Assembly (NCBI GenBank): GCA_050287085.1
Contig: JBNKBE010000002.1
Location: forward strand, 64,001-128,000
Source of the DNA: Polyangiaceae bacterium
GTDB taxonomy: Bacteria > Myxococcota_A > Polyangia > Polyangiales > Polyangiaceae
Direction of reading: 5' to 3'
DNA: 64,000 nucleotides
In this document: in pieces, positions 58,601 through 64,000 of the stretch
Layout of the letters: every line of letters begins with the position of its first letter
Position numbering within the stretch: position 1 is the stretch's first letter
Position numbers and translations under genes: made by a program
Notes under the pieces: model-generated
The model's input: the letters and a program-made list of their open reading frames with translations, nothing else
Database searches by the model: none
Told to the model about the DNA's origin: nothing

Positions 58601-58957
58601 GGACCTGGCCGCGACTCCATCCAGCCATCGCCGCAGCAGGTCATAAGCCGTGGCGAGATCCTGATCTGCCACCGCCAACTGACGTGCCAGGAGCAATCCG
58701 GCCCCCGGCGCGTGCGCTTCTGCTTCAAGTGCAAGTCGCTTGGCGTCCTCGATCTCCTCGCATGAGGCTCTGAGCTCAGCGGCTAGCAGCAGATAGCTCG
58801 CAGCGGCGTCGGCGTCGGCGCCCTCCGCCTCTGCTTGCAACCAAGCTGCGCAGGCGTCCGGGTCAAAGGCTTCGTCGAATCCGTCGTCGCGCCATGTCCA
58901 GGCCAGTTCACCAGAGGCGTTGATGCGGGGTTCGGGGGTCAGTTCACTCTCGTCCAC
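55610..58957 (-). CDS. Large TPR-like alpha-helical protein
   Basis: Repeated A/L-rich helices ending in P-D/N turns. GTG start with an AGGAGG-like SD, overlapping the end of the upstream gene. Confidence 0.75.
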   Translation of the reverse strand: MDESELTPEPRINASGELAWTWRDDGFDEAFDPDACAAWLQAEAEGADADAAASYLLLAAELRASCEEIEDAKRLALEAEAHAPGAGLLLARQLAVADQDLATAYDLLRRWLDGVAARSPETTTTADGSEPRWPAETIAHHLILIAELHRLVRGTPVQGIEFMRRAHALLPADPRPGLFQFLTQYEAGLPLSISWPNSPGGERLNAFATELVQLVTGPGPTQPSSALTALSWARACVQKGDLAGTIRYLPALLEEEELGTAASWLLGCALIQKSEQLADALPYLDHALASEPDPSAERSVALLRFLSLRLQGQLDAAGAVLGGPAFTQEDRLAVNLLTGMLPQAPAEYEPTASGASRALAFAAATLARRASALTSDSGGTNETLELWLALGRGERELPPPRHLSTAADGLRPLAEFIGLEHAAEHNAPDVGQRLANFFSIDAPSTAAASFVGAVLTECHRANTQDDVLSERMTTLYASAVASENFTEPSLWGLGQAGPRDEALAQKALTSLAPGQQRDYLSFLLGLSDGTPPTTPAEGNTLSAMLLGLQRRWQLRRSGRCTEWLECVQASGKAPSGATEGLLPALLQALDGELSRPQRAAAFTAAQDTLPADLSLSLALWQLSPPSTSGAAAQLERLGRNTQDPALKAALLLAAAWHQELSFETQKAAELAQECLELDPNPIAKSTFERTAVGTELEPQLVAELSQRVFSDAPEAERSQIALELASIAHRRGERNQEGTWLRHALRLSPRAWDALLRAEHFGFETGDRELLLEVEQSLAATLDEPERTAHLELAARLQRQNQDYPAAIELLKQIAIDHASSSALRHLQAQLRLGGDEALLIEVCRELRRRAERPYDRSRLAYEAAQVAARQEQPALAVELLQEAIGEAPDNWLAHDLRAQLLEARTDVAAAALAYEQSAHYAASNEHGALAFLRAGKLWLEVGEQALARAAFEAGFERDPANEALFDALSEHLDATLEAEARLDLVSRALAATSDAPRIQALRREHAELMLTLGRAEEAAPELRRLAEEHNDGRARLLLGRLLATTDPEQAEAVLLELPRRGDTLEVEAAAYRILAQLYAGPLASPRRAERCHREILRRIPDDPEARAALAEPNA

Positions 58958-61900
58958 GGTGGCCCTCCTGCGCGCGCTCGCGTTCGATGGCAAACTCGTC
59001 GGAGAGCACGAACTCCATGAGAGCTCGCGTTCTGGAGTCCAAGGCGTTGGCCGCAAAGGGGCGCCGCGCGCCGCGATCGAAGCCACCGCTTAGAACCAGC
59101 GAAACGTCGCCCAGCACAATAGCTGCGACGCGGTCGGCCATAGCCTCCGTTTGCTGGCGTACGTTAGCGATCTCGGAGGCTAGCTCTCCCGTTGCGCGCA
59201 GCGTCCGAGCGAGCACGCCTTGTTGGGTTCGGTTCAGTACCTGAGCCAGCTGATCGCGCATTTCGAGCGCGCCGGGTACTTCTTCGTCGGGCTCATGCGC
59301 TTCGGCCCCCGCGACGCGTGGGGCGTGGGGCGCGGCGCCTGCGTGATGGGGGGCGTCGGGAGCGAGGGCTGCCCCCGCGCCCGGCGCGTCCGCGGAGACC
59401 ACCGGCTCGGGATCGTCCGTCGCGGGTGAGGCTTCGCTGGGCCCACCGAGACCGAGCAAACGCGCACCTGCAAGGAGCGCCACGGCCTGCTCAGGTGTTG
59501 CCAAGTTGTGCAATTGTTGCCCCCGCCACGTGAAGACGAACTCGCGTATGAGCTGCAACTGATCGGCGCTGCTTAGCGGAGCCTCCACGCTTTCATTGAC
59601 GTGCACATGTACGCCTTGTGGCCCTGGGATAACGCGCAGTCGCGCGCTCTGTTTGGCTGATACCAGCACCGTCAAGGGTGCAATCTGTAGCTGGTGGCCG
59701 AGGTGGGCGACGGCGTCCGCCACATCGCGCGAGGCTGGCTCTAGCCCCCGTCCGGTTTCTGCAAATAGCGAGGCTGCGTGCGGTTCAAGCAGTCGGAGCG
59801 CCCGTGCGGTGGGCTGGTCCGGAGGTCCGAGTCTTTCCAACACCTCGGGCGAAAGTGGAGCCGTCGCCTTGTGCGCAGGGAGATCGCGATCGAGTTCAGA
59901 CAGCGTTTGTTCCTGGACTTGGCCGAGCGCCGCGAGCAGGCCAACCCACGCGAAGCGAGCGCTGGTTGCGCCTCGAAACTCCGCTAGCCTCACCAAGCGT
60001 GCCAGCCCTTCCGGCGAGGGCGTTCGACGCAGCTCTGCGCGCAGCGCTGCGTCAGCTACTTCAGCTAGCGCCCGCGCATCGGGAGAGCCCGCCATCTCGG
60101 CCACCAGATGGTCGATGGCTTCGGCATCAGTGGGGACCACCCGAAGCAATTCGGCGCAAGCGCGAGCCGATAGGTTGTCATCGTGCAGCGCGTCGCGGGC
60201 GATCGCGAGGCACAGTCGGGCCGCGGCCTCCTTCCCAGCAGGACTCGGACGCTCGCTGACCAGCTGCAGCAGGGCTTCGCTGGCTTCGGGCCACAGTTCG
60301 GCGCGTAGCGCCGCGCGCGTCATGCGTTCGAGCACGACCAAGCCACCCAGCTTGGCCTCGGATAGCTGGTGCAAGACTTCGTACGCGGCGTGATCATTCT
60401 TGAGTTCTACCTCGTATAGATCGGCCGCGCCGACGCCACCCAGTAGGCGTTGACGTCGATTGGCTCCTTCAAGTTGGGCTAGGCTCGAGAGAGCCGAGGC
60501 GGCGCGTTCCGTTTCGTCGGTGGCCAGGTACAGCTCTGCTAGCAGCTGCCAAGTCTCGGGTCGCTCCGGTTCGAGAACCCGGAGTGACTGGGCCTCGCGC
60601 AGAGCAAGCGCCGGCTTGTGCAGCGCCCGGAGCGAGCGGGTACGCTCCCACGCCAAGGCTACGAGCCGCTTTTCGTCGTCCAACTGTTGGTCGCAGATCG
60701 CTGTGACCGCAATGATGCCTTCGTGGTCGTTCTTGCTGCGGAGGCGCCTGAGCAGCGCGTCCAGGGCAGGCTCGTGACTTGGGTCGAGCTCCACTGCGGC
60801 GCGCAAGACGTCATCGGCGGCCTCCGAGCGACCCAGGCCGTAGAGCAATTGAGCTTGCCGTCGCAGCCAAACCGCCTTGCGCTCGAGATCGCGAGTGGTT
60901 CCGGCCAGGGCGCCGCATGCCTCGGCTTCGGTGGCGGATTCGCCGAGCCGCCGCGCCGCGACGCGCAGACCTTCCCATGCGGCAAGACCCAGCGAGGCTT
61001 CACCCGCGAGCTCCTTGAAGGCCGCGAAGGCAGGGCGATATTCACCAGCAGACAAGCGCTTGAACGCGGCCAGCAGTCGCAAGCGCGCTGATTCTTTGCC
61101 GAAGAGAGGCGCCGCCGCCTCGAGAGCGGCAGCCCGTTCGGGTGCCGGTGAAAGGGGCGGATTCTGTTCGAGATTGACCAAGACGCTGGCGGCATAGGTC
61201 CCGGGCAGGGGCCGAGGTGTCTTGCCGTGGATGAGCGCAACCAATTGCGCACTGGCGTTCACCGCGGCCGCAGCGCCGTCAGGCAGCAGTGACGCGAGGT
61301 GCTCGCGGGCGCTGATCTCATCATCCGACATTGCGCTGGCCGCCGTGCTCACCCAATGCAGAGCGGCTGAACCGCGGCGACTGCCACGCGCCCAATCCGC
61401 TGCGCGTGCAGAGCGGCTGGGGTCGTGTGCTCCGACTGGACTTGGGGCTAGGGCCACACGCGCCCGCTGCAGGTCGGCGAGCAGAGTCTGCTGCGCGGGG
61501 GCGGCCTCCTCGCCGGCTTCCTCGTCTACCAGGTTGAGCAGCAGTTGCAGCGCGTCGCTCCCGGCTCCGCGCGGCGTCTCGGATGTCAGGGCGGCGAGCA
61601 GCAGTTCGCGCTGGTCCAGCGCTAGGTGAGCGGTGGCGCGACGAAGCTGCTCCAGCGCAGTTCGCGGGCGCCCCTCGCTGAGCGCTAGGACGGCAAGTTC
61701 TCGTTGCGGCGACGGTTCGAGCATCAGCTCCCGTCCCCATGTAAGCAACAGGTTGACGCCAGAATCGGAGCTTTCCGGACGGCGCCGCAGCAGTTGCTCA
61801 CCTCGGGTCAATTGTTTGCCGCGGTAGGCCAGCACGGCGGCCAGGGTGAGCAGGGCGGCCTGCAGTGGTTCGTCGCTCTCGGCGTTGGCGGCTGTGGCTA

Positions 61901-63638
61901 ACCATTCGCAAACCCGCTCTGGCTCAACGGGCGACGCCTGTCCCAATAGTTCGAATGCGGCTTCGGCGTAGCTGGGGTTATCGGAGAGAATCCGCAGCAG
62001 GGCATCGCGGTCGAGCGTGCCGCTTGCACGTAGTAGCGCGTGCTCGAACGCGATGCGTTTACCTCCTTGCGGCAGTAGATCCCGCAGTTGATGCAACGCG
62101 TCCAGGCGCGGGCGTTCGGCTTCTTCGTTGACGCTCGCAGGAGCATAGGCGCTCAGAAGCAGTGAGCCGAATAGGGCCTCGCGCAATGCCGGCTCATCAC
62201 TGACCGTTGGGAGCGTTTCGCGCAGCTCTTCCAGCGCAAAGCGATAGCCGCGGGCATCACCCGCCAGGGCTGCGCGCTGCGCTTGCTCGAACAAGAGACC
62301 CCGGGCCTCCGTCTTGTCGACGTGGCTGAGCAGAGCTTCTCCGCATTCGAATATCCAATCACGCTCGCCATAGCGCGCGCCCAGCAGCCGACCTGCGCGG
62401 GCTCGCTCATACATGCTCAGCCCTTCGAGCTGCGCGCTGAGCTCCCGAATGCTGCCTTCAGCGGGGGCCCGCAGCAATCCCGCCCACAACGCGTAAGCAC
62501 TGGCCCAACGCCGTTCGAGGTCACCGGAGCCCGGCGTGTGAGCCAGATAGTGGCTCCACGCGCGTGCGGCGCGGGCCAGTTCGTCGGCGCTGGTTCCGAG
62601 CTCGGCGCGCGCCATATCCAGCGCGGGGCCGAGCACCCAGGGCGCGTGTACGGTGGGCAGCGGTCGCCCCGGGTCAGCGAGACACGCGAGCAATTGCGGA
62701 ATTGGGCGCAGCAGATCGCTCAAATCGGTCCGGCTGAGCGCCCCGTCCGGATCCGTGAGCAGGTGAACGATATCACGACGGTATCCGCTCGTGGCGGGAC
62801 TGTTCGTGGGGAGCCGAAGCTCATCTGCTTCGAAGCGCGAAAGCAGCAGCGCGCGCGGCAGGACGTCGTCGTCTGCCTCCGAGTGGTGCGTGCCGCCTTC
62901 GGCTTCGAGCTGGGTGCGCAGTGCGATGGCGAGCAAGCGCGAATCGCGATGCCGCTGTGCGAGCCGCTCCAGCCTGCGGCCGACCTGGCTTTCGACAGCG
63001 CCCCGCTCGGCGTGGCCGCTGAGCAGCCAGTCGGTGGCGAGTTCGTGTTGTCCGGTGCGCGAGGCCACTTCGCTCTGCAATAGGTGCAAGTGGGTGCGCA
63101 AGTCGTGGCGCGTTGCCAGTCGAATGCGTTCCGCCAGCGCCTGCAATCGAAGTTCGTCGCCATCAGCTGATGCGGGCGACTGAAATGCCAGTGTCAACCA
63201 CAAGCCGAGTTGGTCCGGGGAGCGGGCGGCGGCTTGTTGTGCGGCTGCCAGTGCGGTCTCCAGATCGTCCAGAAGATCCGCTGCGATCTCCGTGGCCATA
63301 TGATCTGCGCGTTGCAGTTCCGCGGGGGTTCTCGATACCTGCGCGAAGCGCTCCAGTAGGCGCGCCACGTTGCGCTTCGAATGGCGTCGCTGCAACACCG
63401 CCAGCAGGTGTTCAAGGGGTTCGAGCTGGGATGGGTCGGCGTTGACGGCTGCCAAGAGCTCAGCTGCCGCGCGGTGGTCGTCGCCGGTCGCCTCCTGCAG
63501 CGAGGCTTGCTCCTGCAGGAGGAGTGCTTGGCGCGCCGGAGCCATCTCGGTTCGCAAAGCCTCGCGGACGCGCGTCAAGGCATCGTTCACATCGGGCCCG
63601 ACGGGCGCGTGGGTACCAGGGGGTATGGAGAACTGCAT
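58944..63638 (-). CDS. Very large TPR-like alpha-helical protein (start uncertain)
   Basis: Multiple TPR-like units (AVNADPSQ, AVELDPSH, LEPERPETW, LRVVPTD). Confidence 0.78.
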   Translation of the reverse strand: MQFSIPPGTHAPVGPDVNDALTRVREALRTEMAPARQALLLQEQASLQEATGDDHRAAAELLAAVNADPSQLEPLEHLLAVLQRRHSKRNVARLLERFAQVSRTPAELQRADHMATEIAADLLDDLETALAAAQQAAARSPDQLGLWLTLAFQSPASADGDELRLQALAERIRLATRHDLRTHLHLLQSEVASRTGQHELATDWLLSGHAERGAVESQVGRRLERLAQRHRDSRLLAIALRTQLEAEGGTHHSEADDDVLPRALLLSRFEADELRLPTNSPATSGYRRDIVHLLTDPDGALSRTDLSDLLRPIPQLLACLADPGRPLPTVHAPWVLGPALDMARAELGTSADELARAARAWSHYLAHTPGSGDLERRWASAYALWAGLLRAPAEGSIRELSAQLEGLSMYERARAGRLLGARYGERDWIFECGEALLSHVDKTEARGLLFEQAQRAALAGDARGYRFALEELRETLPTVSDEPALREALFGSLLLSAYAPASVNEEAERPRLDALHQLRDLLPQGGKRIAFEHALLRASGTLDRDALLRILSDNPSYAEAAFELLGQASPVEPERVCEWLATAANAESDEPLQAALLTLAAVLAYRGKQLTRGEQLLRRRPESSDSGVNLLLTWGRELMLEPSPQRELAVLALSEGRPRTALEQLRRATAHLALDQRELLLAALTSETPRGAGSDALQLLLNLVDEEAGEEAAPAQQTLLADLQRARVALAPSPVGAHDPSRSARAADWARGSRRGSAALHWVSTAASAMSDDEISAREHLASLLPDGAAAAVNASAQLVALIHGKTPRPLPGTYAASVLVNLEQNPPLSPAPERAAALEAAAPLFGKESARLRLLAAFKRLSAGEYRPAFAAFKELAGEASLGLAAWEGLRVAARRLGESATEAEACGALAGTTRDLERKAVWLRRQAQLLYGLGRSEAADDVLRAAVELDPSHEPALDALLRRLRSKNDHEGIIAVTAICDQQLDDEKRLVALAWERTRSLRALHKPALALREAQSLRVLEPERPETWQLLAELYLATDETERAASALSSLAQLEGANRRQRLLGGVGAADLYEVELKNDHAAYEVLHQLSEAKLGGLVVLERMTRAALRAELWPEASEALLQLVSERPSPAGKEAAARLCLAIARDALHDDNLSARACAELLRVVPTDAEAIDHLVAEMAGSPDARALAEVADAALRAELRRTPSPEGLARLVRLAEFRGATSARFAWVGLLAALGQVQEQTLSELDRDLPAHKATAPLSPEVLERLGPPDQPTARALRLLEPHAASLFAETGRGLEPASRDVADAVAHLGHQLQIAPLTVLVSAKQSARLRVIPGPQGVHVHVNESVEAPLSSADQLQLIREFVFTWRGQQLHNLATPEQAVALLAGARLLGLGGPSEASPATDDPEPVVSADAPGAGAALAPDAPHHAGAAPHAPRVAGAEAHEPDEEVPGALEMRDQLAQVLNRTQQGVLARTLRATGELASEIANVRQQTEAMADRVAAIVLGDVSLVLSGGFDRGARRPFAANALDSRTRALMEFVLSDEFAIERERAQEGHRGRE

Positions 63639-63666
63639 TCCGGGCAAGCCGATGGAGGTTATTGCA

Positions 63667-63696
63667 AGCGTAGGCCACTCGGCTTCACCCTGACAA
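63667..63696 (-). promoter_or_regulatory. Putative promoter of the TPR operon
   Basis: TTGTCA-18-TACGCT on the minus strand, 28 nt before the ATG at 63638. Confidence 0.5.
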
Positions 63697-64000
63697 ACTC
63701 GTCGGAACAAGACCGGCCCAGACGCCGATGTTGCCTGCTTCTCGCATACCCTGCGCACGCGCCGGCGGCGACGACCCACCGCCGCGGGGCGCGCCTCTGC
63801 TCGGACAACCCTTGTGGGGGCCGGGCTCGCGTGCCCCGCCCTCGGCCAGTCCTCCCCGCGAGTTTGCGCTGGCGTTGCGTGGACTCCGGGCTAGCATGCT
63901 AGGCATTGACTTCCCAAGGATTTCCGGCTTTGTCGGGGCCTTCCGTGGGCCCGGATCCAAATGCTTTGCCGCAACGTGTCGTAGTTTGATGATGGAGCCT

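Overview
High-GC bacterial chromosome segment, probably Myxococcota of the Polyangiales/Sorangiineae type (inferred from a MYXO-CTERM protein, a Ser/Thr kinase-TPR/PEGA-Cys-rich lipoprotein module and the FtsZ N-terminus). The core is a dcw cluster split into three pieces: mraZ-rsmH-ftsL-ftsI-murE-murF-mraY-murD-ftsW-murG-murC (19215-32437), ftsQ-ftsA (40942-43210) and ftsZ (48805-50154). Unrelated genes lie between the pieces: slyD, mscS, an acyltransferase, a DUF1552/DUF1592 pair, a ClC channel, a Kelch lipoprotein and a GH94 phosphorylase. The flanks carry tamA/tamB, rsmE, a PL9-like lyase, ggt, moaB, a GT4, DUF971, an Asp-box protein and two large TPR-like proteins. I saw no rRNA, tRNA, CRISPR array or transposase. 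The main unexplained signals are (i) an ~830-bp hairpin-dense region without a credible ORF (68-863), a candidate structured RNA; (ii) a recurring promoter geometry with the -10 box 6-7 nt before the start codon at eight genes, suggesting leaderless mRNAs; (iii) a TTACGGAAAC motif shared by the mraZ and ftsZ upstream regions; (iv) a lipoprotein with four Cys/His repeats downstream of a kinase. All family calls come from recognising motifs by eye; no database searches were run.
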